The notes under the pieces: model-generated
Databases searched by the model: none
What the model was told of the DNA's origin: nothing
Seen by the model: only the letters and a program-made list of their open reading frames with translations
Made by a program: the position numbers and the translations under genes
NCBI GenBank assembly: GCA_013115125.1
Contig: JABANN010000034.1
Coordinates: 62,001-114,027 of the forward strand
Direction: 5' to 3'
DNA from: Perkinsus olseni
Taxonomy: Eukaryota
DNA length: 52,027 nt
Shown here: piece after piece, positions 1 to 10,846 of the stretch
How positions within the stretch are numbered: position 1 is the first letter of the stretch
Layout: each line of letters begins with the position of its first letter

Positions 1-466
1 TTGTTAAAGTTTTGAGTTCAAGTGTCGGGTTGGCATTCGGGTCCACGTTAATGAGTGAATAATCGAAATCGTGTACCGAAGGAAAAACCTAGGCAGTCTA
101 CAACATCAGGGGCAGCTATGTGCTTGCGTGCAGCATAGTGGGTGTCGCGTCAGCTGCAGAGTCGGTGCCGGGCACTCTGTTCTCGGGTCCGATGTAGATG
201 TGCCTCGTCTCCAACTGTCCGATCCGCGACACGAGCTCTCTTCTCCACTTCGAGTTCACGGACTGGGATTTTGACTAATTGAATGAGCCAGCAGGGGTGC
301 AGGCTCCGTGCCACAGAGAAGTCGTGAGCTTCCCCAATGCTGCATACAACAACCTGGAACCATTTCCCAGTGCATCCTCACCGTCATCGTGAGCACGTGG
401 AAAGTTGTGCGTTATACAGACTGCATATTTGCTTGGCCTACACTCAGTGTTGAAGAGATTTCCTCG

Positions 467-1378
467 ATGATGTCAATTTGCCTCTCCGCCATCCTCCTGT
501 CTTCAGCTGCTGCAACTACCCCTGAGGTTGTTGACATCCTCGGCATCTCCTTCCCCATACCCAAGATAGGCGACTATGAGTGCCAGAAGGTTCAACTGAA
601 TGGAAGCTACGAGTACAAAACCATCTCTCGTCCAGAAGGAGATCGTCACTTTTTCGTCTACACCCCGGCGGTGACACAAGTGCGTGCTCTGGTCTTGAAC
701 CTCCACCATCTCAGCGGAGATTGTCGACTGTTCAGGAAGCAAAGCTGCATCGTTAATGCCGCGGACAAGAATGGGTGGCTGGTTGTTACGCCATGCGGCC
801 TCCCAGGGCTGCTAGGGCTCAACTCGTGGAACGCTGGCTCCTGCTGCCAAACTGATAAGACGATCGATGACTACGGCTTCATGAAGGACATTATTGCTCT
901 TCTCCTTCCAACGAACCACATTCCAGTCTACGCTGTTGGGTACAGCAACGGTGCTATGCTCGCCGAAGGTCTGCTATGTAGAAACATTGTTACGAGGGCC
1001 GTCTCAGTGAGCGGTGTGATAACCGGTGGGAAAGAAGGGCTCAAGGCTTGTAGGTCGTCGTTTCGAATGTCGGCCGAGGCACGGTTGGGTCATGTCCATG
1101 GTCTGTTGGATCCATTTGTTCCCTATTATTTCGGCCCTACATCACTTATCTTCGACTTCCCTTCCGTACCGAATGACATGAACACATGGGCCGTCAAGTT
1201 CAACTGTGATGGTACGACCAAGACATCCCGCGGTTTAATCTTCGACTTCACCGAATGGCGAAACTGTCAGAACGGTTCCGAGGTAAAGTTGGTGCGGAAC
1301 AATATTGGCAGTCACTTCTGGTGGGAAGTGGATGATTTCAGCACTTCTTCATTCGCTATCAATATGCTAGAGAACTGA
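467..1378 (+). CDS. Secreted alpha/beta-hydrolase, LpqC / PHB-depolymerase-type esterase family (intronless)
   Basis: ATG at 467 begins a signal-peptide-like MMSICLSAILLSSAAA. Family motifs: LVLNLHH, ADKNGWLVVTPCG, SWNAGSCC, DDYGF, nucleophile elbow GYSNG, HGLLDPFVPY (Asp), GSHFW (His). Confidence 0.85.
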   Translation: MMSICLSAILLSSAAATTPEVVDILGISFPIPKIGDYECQKVQLNGSYEYKTISRPEGDRHFFVYTPAVTQVRALVLNLHHLSGDCRLFRKQSCIVNAADKNGWLVVTPCGLPGLLGLNSWNAGSCCQTDKTIDDYGFMKDIIALLLPTNHIPVYAVGYSNGAMLAEGLLCRNIVTRAVSVSGVITGGKEGLKACRSSFRMSAEARLGHVHGLLDPFVPYYFGPTSLIFDFPSVPNDMNTWAVKFNCDGTTKTSRGLIFDFTEWRNCQNGSEVKLVRNNIGSHFWWEVDDFSTSSFAINMLEN

Positions 1379-1607
1379 ATACATCATTCGAGTCTCTATA
1401 ACTCGGAGAAAGCACCAACGACAGTCTCCTCGGAGCCATTATGATTATCGGTACATTTTTTCGATCACAATACAAAGGCGATCTCAGATGAATCTGCTTG
1501 CGGCGATCAGTCGGTTCGGAAACCGGTTTGATCGGACGTGCCTGTCTTGTGACTTCCAGCAGTCGGTTAAGGACTTCCATGTAGAATTTTTTACATCCCA
1601 ACACACC

Positions 1608-1820
1608 TTGGACTGTGTTCGGGATTTATTTTCATAGTTTTGCTCGTGACATCATTTATCAGTTGGGGTGCCCGGATTGAGGTGCTTAACGCTATCAGCC
1701 GGGAGATGGATGATGTTCTTTACGTAGCACCGATGGTGAGGTGTTGAGTATGATTCAATCGTGGGCATATACACCCGTTTGGCCGGCTATGTCTACTCCT
1801 GGCGAGTGTTTTGCTCGCCG
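1608..1820. repeat. Diverged dispersed repeat, copy 1 (copy 2 at about 4048-4263)
   Basis: Shared blocks in the same orientation and order: ctgtgttcgggatt, agatggat, ggtgaggtgttgagtatga.tcaatcgtgggc, cgtttggccggc, tactcc.ggcgag. Confidence 0.8.
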
Positions 1821-2073
1821 GAACCCTATTCGTACACTGGCCCTACGTGACTTCAATTTCGATTCTATAGGCCTTCAATACCACGAGGCAGAACTTGAGA
1901 TGATTGGGACCTTCAAAAATCGTGGCCGGTCCTCGAGACATTCATTTTCGCGGCTCTAGAAAACCAAACTTCGCGAATAGGATATCCCGCTCCGTTGTCC
2001 ACAGCACATTCGCCGCACTTCATCATAAACACGGAGAGATCACGAATACGCGAAACACAGTTCACGTGATAAT

Positions 2074-2228
2074 AAGGGCGCCGACTTCAAAAGGGCCCAC
2101 CCATCATAAATTCGCCTACCTTTCAAGGCACCTCACAGCGTCGACATAACCTCTGCCAACAGATTTTCGCTTAACTCGTTCGCCCCTGAAATTAATGAGG
2201 GGTGGGCCTTTTTAAAGTCGACACCCTG
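2074..2228. mobile_element. Short (about 155 bp) Tc1/mariner-type MITE relic
   Basis: About 38-bp imperfect inverted repeat: gggcgccgacttcaaaagggcccacccatcataaattc (2076-2113) versus gaaattaatgaggggtgggcctttttaaagtcgacaccc (2188-2226). The right end reads CACCCTG followed by TA, the typical TA-CAGGGTG Tc1/mariner terminus; the left end is degenerate. Confidence 0.65.
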
Positions 2229-3087
2229 TATCATGGCTGCATAGACACTTGGATTCGGATCTCGGATCGTGATGTACACGTCTACTAAACTGATACCGGC
2301 AAAGCAGGCAGAGGGTGAGGTGCCGGTGCGGCTGATGTCCGTTGGGTAGCTGATAGCTACCTGACAGAGCAAGTGCCTAATCGCTCCCAGCTGGACAAGA
2401 GTCGTTCAAACTCGATGTGTGGTTGGATCACAAAAGTCGAAAGGTGAGGCAGTGACTACTTGATAGTATCATTGAGATCAGTTAACCCAGGTGACAGCGA
2501 GGTCCGAGAGGCGATATCCGGCAAGCCCGATACTTAAAGAACGATCAAACGCTTGATATCGAGCGAGGATAACCCTAATTGCTTTGCGATACTCGCTGTG
2601 CGATAGCCCGGCCGCCTACGTCTGGAGTCAAGACTCTTGACTCAAGAGTCATACTAGAGGCCAGAGGAATGACTCATCATGCTTTGTCTCCTCTCTAAGA
2701 GGTTCAGCGTAACTTCCTCTGCGCATACTTCCCGACAAATGATTACCGATCTGAACCACATATCCTGATGCAGCCGTGTGGCGTACACCCTCCCTCTAAC
2801 GCTTTGCTGAAGATTCGTCAAGGCGGGAGTTACGAACCCGGTGGTCTCCCCCTAAGTAGCCTCAATACCGAAATCTTAGATACAGTCCGTACGGGGTTCC
2901 CGACGCAGTGGGTGTGTCGGGCCGCTCAAGAGACATCGCGCATCCAGCTTCTCCGTGGACTCTTCGGTGATAGAGATCGTGCCTAAGGTGCTACGACCCC
3001 GTCTCACGCGCAGGCACTGCGAGCCTGGAATATTCTCCCATAAACATGCATCCGCACGATTGGATCCCTCAACCGCGAAACCCGGAA

Positions 3088-3238
3088 GGTGGTACCCGAA
3101 GGTGCTTCTCTGTACTCTTCAGTGAGATTACTCGAAAGGGATGCACAGGGCGGTGCGAAGAGGCCCGGCGAGGCTAGGGTAACGGAGACAAGGGCAGCAG
3201 CATGCACCCACAAGCGAGCAAGAGTTATGCAATCGGTT
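3088..3238 (-). pseudogene. Isolated duplicate of exon 1 (signal peptide/propeptide) of the cathepsin X gene
   Basis: High identity to 8040-8190 (WVHAAALVSVTLASPGLFAPPCASLSSNLTEEYREAP versus WVHAAALITVTLASPGLFAPPCASLSSNLTEDYREAP). The start ATG is lost (ccgATG to ccgATT) and no downstream exons follow. Confidence 0.85.
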
Positions 3239-4047
3239 CACTAATTGAGTCGGATTATTTTGAGAAGAAATAACTGAACAGAGGGAGAACCCCTGAATAG
3301 AAGGTGTTTTCTGCTAGCACCTTCGCGAACACTGTCCGAAATTCTTCGCTGGTTTGGGAATCTCGTTCAGTAAGCTGTGGTGGCCTCTTGTAAGTTTTGG
3401 AAAGCACGTGTGCTTGGAGGTACAGTTCGAGCCGGAGTCGTTACCTCACCTTGCTCGTCCCCTATTTTGTGTTTGGCACACAACTCTGTCGGTCTCAGCT
3501 AGCGGCAGGTGTCAGACCATTGCAGGACTCTTGTGCGCGCCCTGGCCATTAGTTCCACACATGCTGTGACGCTCAGACCAGTCACTGTGGCGAGTGTGCC
3601 CAACACACCGATTTTTTTTCTTTCTTTCTCTTTCTTTGTACGGGGCAGGTTCAGCGGCCGATTCATTGTTGTATATCGGCAGAGTGCCCCGTCGTGCTTG
3701 GTCGGCGGTTGTATATGGATATTGCTGTATATCTGCTCAATCGAGCCGCTGATTCAAAATGATAGCCCAATCCTGTGGTGTCTTGTGTTCGAGTCGAGGT
3801 TTGGCACGCGAAGGCAATGAACTGTAACTTGAGTCAAGTACCGCAAGGCTATCTACCTCTAGCCCTACCACCGGTTCGCCTCACCGAGCATAACGACAAG
3901 GTTTTCTCATCCCCGCAAGGTGTCTCGCCGTAATCTCTTGTGCACTATAGTGACAACATAGTGACGCCTATACTGTACGCTATCTTACAGCTACAGCCTG
4001 GTTCAATACTACTAGCCTGGTCTCGATTATTTTCACCCTAACACGGC

Positions 4048-4263
4048 TTGGGCTGTGTTCGGGATTCATTCTCATCATTCCACTAGTGTCAGATCATTCC
4101 ATCATTCAGTGTGCGCTGATTTAGCGCTCAACGCAGGTGATGCCGGCAGATGGATAATGTTGATCACGTTGTTCGGTGGTGAGGTGTTGAGTATGAGTCA
4201 ATCGTGGGCTTATACCAGCGTTTGGCCGGCAATATTTACTCCAGGCGAGGGGTATGTTCGCCG
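4048..4263. repeat. Diverged dispersed repeat, copy 2
   Basis: Homologous to 1608-1820. Confidence 0.8.
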
Positions 4264-4671
4264 ACACTGTCGAAATGATAATAGACTGCGGTGAGTGTGA
4301 ACCCTATCATCACCACCCTCTTCATAGACTGAAATAACTCAACTCTGATGATCGATTCGAGAATCCGCAGACGCTATTTCTAGGCAGTAGTGCATGGTAC
4401 TGAGTCACACAACATCTCTACAATATGCAGACAATCACTCTACTGGCAGTACTATGACTCTAGTGGACTGATACGGAGATCGTCTTAGAGGAGATCCCGT
4501 CTGACGACGACATGTGATCATCCGCACGCATCAGCGGAGATGACACAATCGACGAAATCAAAAATTCAAACAGTTAGCAACAAAAAGGTAAGTTCAATCG
4601 ACGATAGCGACAATAATATGTTCAGAATTGCCCTGTGCGGGCTGACCAGTGCGAAGTAGAGGAATAGACGG

Positions 4672-7600
4672 TTATACACTTATAACTGATTCATCCAGGC
4701 TTTCAGGAACGGGATGGTAATCAGGTGCATTCTTCAAGTAGTCATCCTCGAAGTATGTAGCGGCTGTCCATCCTGTGGAGGCATCTGAGCATGATGACAA
4801 CTGCTAACAGACGTTGGTCATCAACGACTCACCTCCGATGGTGAAGGGGGCATTCGGAACCACCTTGCCAGCGGCGTTGCTGTTTGGTTCAACCCAACTG
4901 AATTACGGTCAAGAAAGTCCTTCATAGACATTTGATATGGCCCATTCCCACCTGCAGTCGGAATCAATGTCCAGATTTCCAAACTTGATCCTCATGTAGC
5001 CGTTCTCGCCCCAAAAGGTTCCCCAGGAATTCCGCATAATCCAATATCTTGCAGAGAGACTGTGACCGGAACGGCGGATATCCTTACTCCTACTCGTCGT
5101 TCGTTCCCTCCTCTCGACCCCACCCGACGAGACCAACTTCGTGGTTGATCTTCGGCTGCGGCTTATTCTGATAGAATATACCGCCAGTGTAGCTGAGACG
5201 ACAAACGCGATGGGAACGGAGGCGAAAAGGACCCAGATGAGCGACGGGCTCACTCATCCATCTGTTTCGTAGCATCCACACCACAACTAACCGGGCCTCT
5301 CTTCCAGATCTCCCGCTTGATCTGATCAGTGCCATTCAGCAGCCTCGCGTAGTCTCTGGCGAACCTGAAATTATCCCTCCACCGCAGATGATCCATGGCC
5401 GAGCTACCAAGTGCGGTAATGTTTGGTCGGACGGCAATTGCCACCCTCAGCGCACTCCAGGCATCTAGCCTCAGCCGGACACCATTCGCTGAAGTCTTTG
5501 TAATTCTTGGCAGCATAATTATGACAAGTATCATGCACCTAGCACACCAGCTGAAACTCCGAAAAGAGCGGGAGGCTGCGCGTCTTACGGCTCCAAAGCC
5601 GAAGAAGAAATCGTACACGCCGATTTTCTCGCCACCGTAGCAATCTCCACCGCCCCGGCAGTTGATAACCTGAGCGCCAAAGCCTACGACTGGGCTACAC
5701 TCCCGAGCCTACTTGCTGCGGTGAGATCGCCTTGTTCGGCCAATGGGCCGCCGAACTGATGGATAGACGATCGGCAAAGGAAGAGGTGACTGAATTGACC
5801 GTTGAGGGTCGGAATGCGGCTAACCCAGAACTACCCGCGAACGCCCAGCAGCCGCCGCAGTACTCTGGATTGTGCTGGTTACGGGTGAAAGTGAGGTAGT
5901 TCTTGCCATTAACATTACGCCAGTCCCATGACTCTGCAGATTGACGACAGGTTAGATCGCGAGCGAGGCCAGCGTTGCTCACCTGGAAGCTTTTCGCCAT
6001 CATTTGGGACCTGCTTACCGGCGACTCGGGGCGCCTGCAAGATATTAACTATACAACGCTGGTTGCAAGAGGGACCGTTGGCTTACGCAGAGGTAGCACT
6101 TCTTATTATCCGTAGAACGAATGTCGTAGGTCTGAGGTTATGGTCTTGTGCAACTATAAAGCGACCGGCGGTATCACCTTGTAGTATCCGGAACCACATT
6201 GACAGGTTGGGTCTATGCTACAGACCATCGAGTAGGTCGAACCTGATAAGTGTGATGGTGCCATCAATGAATTCAAGACGGAGCTTGCCGACATCTGTTC
6301 TCCACAGTCGGGATCTTGTAACCTCCAGCTCGATTGGAGCTGCGGGCATAGTAATCCTGAGAGGGGCGAAGAGGTCAGGTCCAGCTTGAAGGACAAACTC
6401 GTAGCCCTTACATCTCCGAAGGTTTGGTCACGAATCATGTCCTGCGGCTTCGGATTCGCCACCACTTGCTGTTCCTGAGCCTTCTCGACCAACGGCAGGG
6501 GCTTGCCCTGACAAAAGTCGATTCATACCGATACCGTAGTAACGCGGAATGCCGTACATGCCTTCCCGCACGACGAGCAATAACAGACCCGTCCTCCAGA
6601 ATTTCTTCTACCAAATAGCGCTCATTCTCACCCTAACACGACGAGGTGAGGGAGCGGCAATCACATGTGCTACACTCACGGTGTTAACCGATTCCAGATA
6701 CTGCCGGCGTCCTGACGGCTTTGAGGTGGGTGGCACATACCTGAGTAAAACGGCCTGTGGAGGGCCCTCGAGACGCGGCCCCCCTCTCACTTCATATTGG
6801 GGTACAGTGTCCAGTCCTTCCAGGCATCAGGACTGTTGAAGGAAGGATCAATGAACGGACGAACGGCGGGCACTCACTTCACCGTGGCCCAGACACATCC
6901 ACTGTTCTCGATTAGACCAGTCGAAGCGCGGCGCAACTTAGCCCAGCCGTGATCGCCCCATTCGGACCCTACAAAGCGTCGCGGTCCTCCAAGCTTCATG
7001 ATACAGTAGCTAATTTACCATAAGAGAACCGGGCCACCCAGTACGGTTTACCTAAACGGGTCGTGCGCTTCCACTACGAAAACCCGAGGCCTACCATCAG
7101 CCTCCTCGCCCCAACCAGCGATCTCCACCGCGTGGTTGACTCCGGCGTGGTCAGGCAAATAATCAAAGTCCCAGATTTGACCGGGTTGGTAACTGCTGGC
7201 GAGCCGAGTAGGGACCAGTGTTGGGAGTTGCGCTCACTTGGCACGGAATGTTTCATCAGCATGCATATGGCAGACCACTGGGCCTCGGCTCATCACTTCC
7301 GATTGGATATTTGCTTCTCCCTTGAGGAGGCCGTACCTGCGCCAACAGTCACTGCCCGACCGATGGATCTCCGCGGTCTCACTGATCGATGTAATAAGTA
7401 GAGTAGGTCTTGGGTATACCACAGGAGCCATCAGCGTCACAGTTCACGCACCTGTTGTACGAGAATCATAGCGCATGAAGGAAAAGCGATACACACAGGG
7501 TAGTTCCCCGGCAAACCTCTCCAGAGTCCCTGCCCCTCCCCAGATAAGGCGAGCAGGTTTCATCAGTGATGCCGTGGTCTTTGATCTGAAACCCGAAACC

Positions 7601-8185
7601 GCTAAGCATGACTGACACGAGACAGACCATTACATAGCGGACGGCGTCAAGTACACGACCACCGCGGCAGCCGTTACCAGCTTGGTAGGCGCAGGTCAGG
7701 AGAGGCTGGGCTGCTAGGTTAACCTGGAGCACCGGTAGAGAGCTCGAGGCTGGTCAGACACTGACCTCAGGGAATGCAGCCTTCCGCTGGATACGGATTC
7801 TGTCAGAAAGTGTGTGGGCCAATGCGAACGCCCAGCATGCAGCACACGACCTAACAGGAGACACCACTCCGAAACAACAGCGCCAGTAACCTAGCCCGAC
7901 CCGGGGTTGGAGTGGCTTCTGTCGGTCGTGACCATGTTTTCTCCGTCAATATCACGCCAGTCGAAGTGAGCTGGTATGGCCGAGGCCTGGGAGGAGCCCT
8001 GGGAAATGTGACTGGCCCGGTAGTATCGACGACCTCACCGGTAGTATCCGAGGAGCTTCTCTGTAGTCTTCGGTGAGATTACTCGAAAGGGATGCACAGG
8101 GCGGTGCGAAGAGGCCCGGCGAGGCTAGGGTAACGGTGATAAGGGCGGCAGCATGCACCCACGAGCGAAGAAAGGTTGTAATCAT
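4672..8185 (-). CDS. Two-domain papain-family (C1A) cathepsin X/Z-like cysteine protease, multi-exon, with signal peptide
   Basis: Domain 1: IPAHFDWRDIDG, RSHSNPGSCAACWAFA, LSDRIRI, RGPVVC, VNHAVEIAGWG, YWVARFSYG. Domain 2: WDWRNVNGKNYLTFTRNQHNPEYCGGCWAFA (cathepsin X mini-loop), RGPVSCGVDA, INHEVGLVGWG, YWIMRNSWGTFWGENGY. ATG at 8185, TAA at 4672-4674. Confidence 0.92.
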
Positions 8186-8581
8186 CGGTTTGCAAGTCGA
8201 GGCGGGTGATGATGACACGGAATAACTGGGGAAAGGGCAAACCCGTATGTGATGACAACTGAGCGCGACAATCCAGTGGTTGTGAATAACATGCACAGAG
8301 AGAACAGTGGCAGTGTGAACTGTAGCTGTTATTACTGAGACGTACCAAATACAGCAGCTATCTGACCAGTAGGGATACATGTAGAGGAAGAGATCCGAGA
8401 AGCGAACAGTGTGTCAGGGGATACTTAGGGCGAGACTCTGACATCCACTCGGCTTGCTCAATATACCGCATTGAACCGCTCAACAACGCCGAATGAAAGC
8501 GCCTTCACAAACTGTCATTCTTGCGTTGAGGAATAGTAAGAGTCATCAAGTGAGCAAGAATCCACACTGCTCCCATGTCTT

Positions 8582-9201
8582 GGCACAAACATCGGCTGTC
8601 ACTAAATTCTGTGTCCTAATCACTAAATTTAGCGCGCGCCCAATTGATCGATATCTGCGCGCTTTCCTACTGCTGTCGCCTCTTCCGGACTCCGGAGTCC
8701 GGAGCCCGTTAAAGTGCCCTTGGGTAACCCTTTGGGTTTATGGTTGCCTTGGGTAACCAGAAACGGTTTCTGATTGCCTTGGGCAACCCTTCGGGTTACT
8801 GGTTGCGCGCGCCCAACTGATCGATATCTGCGCGCTTTCCCACTGCTGCCGATTCCTTCGGACTCCGGAGCCGATCACATTGCCCCTTCCGGTTTCTGGT
8901 TGCCTTGGGTGAGCCCTCGGGTTTCTGGCTGCCTCGGGTAACCCTTCCGGTTTCGGGTTGCCTTGGGTAACCCTTCGGGTTTCTGGTGGCAATTCTTTTG
9001 TTTTTCTGCTGAGAGCCACCTTCATCACCATGCCGAGAGCGTAACGTGTTCGCTGGGTGCATACGATGGGCCATGTGCGCTATGAGCACAGCAAAACGCA
9101 ACACGTGCCTGGGGAACGCGGCGCGCAGATATCGATCAGTTGGGCGCGCGCTACTTTTAGTGATTAGGACACAGAATTTAGTGACACTCGGTGGACGTGC
9201 C
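8582..9201. mobile_element. Non-autonomous Mutator-like element / MITE, 620 bp
   Basis: GGCAC...GTGCC termini; about 81-bp TIRs (8582-8662 and 9121-9201; the inner 66 bp have 3 mismatches); perfect 9-bp flanking duplication ccatgtctt (8573-8581 and 9202-9210); internal roughly 29-bp subrepeats; no coding capacity. Confidence 0.9.
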
Positions 9202-9279
9202 CCATGTCTTCACTAGAGATGACAATAACGCAACCCCTTTGGTTGATTGGACTGTACACAGTAGTAACAGAAACATAAT

Positions 9280-10544
9280 TCAGTCAGTAGCATTGATCGC
9301 GGTAGGGTCTCCGTACATCTGGTTGCGGGGCTCTATGAGAATCTCGTTCACACCAACATGAGGGGGTGCGGTGAGGGCGAAAACTCCGGCCTGAGAGCAG
9401 CAGCAGCAACAGCCGCGATGGCACAGGAGAGTGACAGGGGTTCTTACATCAACTATATCAGACACGTCGAGGACGGCGTTGCGGTCGCCGCCACCGTCGA
9501 TAGTCTTACCTATAGTCACACCGATGGTGTTGGCCGCGTCGGTATCTGTGTTGTTAACAACCTAAAAAGGGGGGGATTGAACAACAAGCTTGCTGATGGT
9601 GCTGAGCCTACTAGATCCGTTCCGACATCGCCGGGCTGCAACTCTGTCACGCGGATGCCGGTACCGACGGTCTCCCCTCTTAGCGACTTTGAAAAAACGT
9701 GTACGAAGGCCTTCGATGCGTTGTACCTGTTATTGATGCTCACAGCTGAAGAGTCCAGACGATACACGGCTTACACTGAGAGAGCTGGGAAGATCGTCGT
9801 GGCTGCATCGCTGGAGATGTTGATGATATGGCCGACCTTTCGCTCGAGCATGCTCGGCAACACAGCTCCTGATGTGTACACCTGACAGGCCGGTAAAAAA
9901 GGGAGGACAGAGAGACGCTCCTACCACTCCCTTGCAGTTGATGTCAATCGTGCGCTCCCACTCATCCCAGTGTTGGCTTCGGTGGAGGGTGAAGTACATG
10001 ACCCCGGCGCAGTTCACGACGATGTCAACCTAACAGCGGTAAGCCGGCTTGTAAACCAGCAAGGAGATCCTTGGACTCTGGCTCACCGGTCCGAGCTCGG
10101 CTTCCACGCTCGTAAACAGGGACTTCACAGAATCCTGCGAACTCACGTCAGTTGCCACCGCCATCGCAGTGAGCCCCTTTTGCTTCAACTCGTCGACTAT
10201 GTTGTTGAGCCTAAAATGAGAGGAGGATGGTCATTGAAACGGGCAAAAAGCCGGCCGGTCAGTCTGATGGACCCGCACCACGCACGGGAGCTCTCATGCC
10301 AAGCCTCGCAAGTTCGCGTAGATGACAGTGGCATCCGAGGGCGTACACCCGAAATGGCTCATTGCGAGCAGTTAAACGAAGCGCATCCTCAGTGAGCTTA
10401 CCTGTCCTCTCTCCTGGCAGCCAAGGCCACCTTACAACCCTCAGCGGCAAGTCGGCGGGCGAAGCCCTCCCCGATACCACTACTGGCTCCCGTCACAACA
10501 GCCACTTTGCCGGCCAAAGACGTACGAGTGTTTGACGCAGACAT
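9280..10544 (-). CDS. Classical short-chain dehydrogenase/reductase (NADP-type, YdfG/oxidoreductase-like), multi-exon
   Basis: GKVAVVTGASSGIG, ALAARREDR, VDIVVNCAGV, GHIINISS, catalytic YNASK (spliced at about 9727), IRVTELQPGDVGTDL, PPHVGVNEILIEP. Confidence 0.9.
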
Positions 10545-10846
10545 GGATAGAATGGAACTGAGTTGCTGCAGCGACGGAGCCGCTTTCACATGATGGTCAA
10601 ACTCCATTGGGGATCGGCACAGTCTCCAAAGAATCCTTCAACCCTCCCTGCAAATCTTGTAATCCCACACAAATTAACGCCGACAATCCCCTCGGAGGGA
10701 CCGGGGTGACAAATTGTAGGCGAGAGTAACCCAACGGTCCGTAGAAAGCAGATGGAAAGGCAAATAACAAACCCCGACTGGCAGTACGCTCAAGTCGGTG
10801 ACTCTGACACACACCCGATATTCATAAACTCTCACCGCTGACAACC

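Noticed and set aside
1-300. Possible minus-strand exons running off the window (…VFPSVHDFDYSLINVDPNANPTLELKTLT)
   Set aside because: No consistent start or splice model and no family match, so it cannot be supported.
308-466. Upstream GTG-initiated extension of the esterase (similar ORF-track extensions on MDH and VPS33)
   Set aside because: Eukaryotic ATG starts that give sensible signal or transit peptides lie downstream (467, 11860, 15315).
8716-8990. 29-bp repeats as a CRISPR array or telomere
   Set aside because: The units are tandem and degenerate with no unique spacers and no cas genes in a eukaryotic context. They are not perfect telomeric repeats.
8738-9104. Repetitive ORFs within the MITE (also 36926-37432)
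   Set aside because: Translations of non-coding subrepeats with no transposase motifs.
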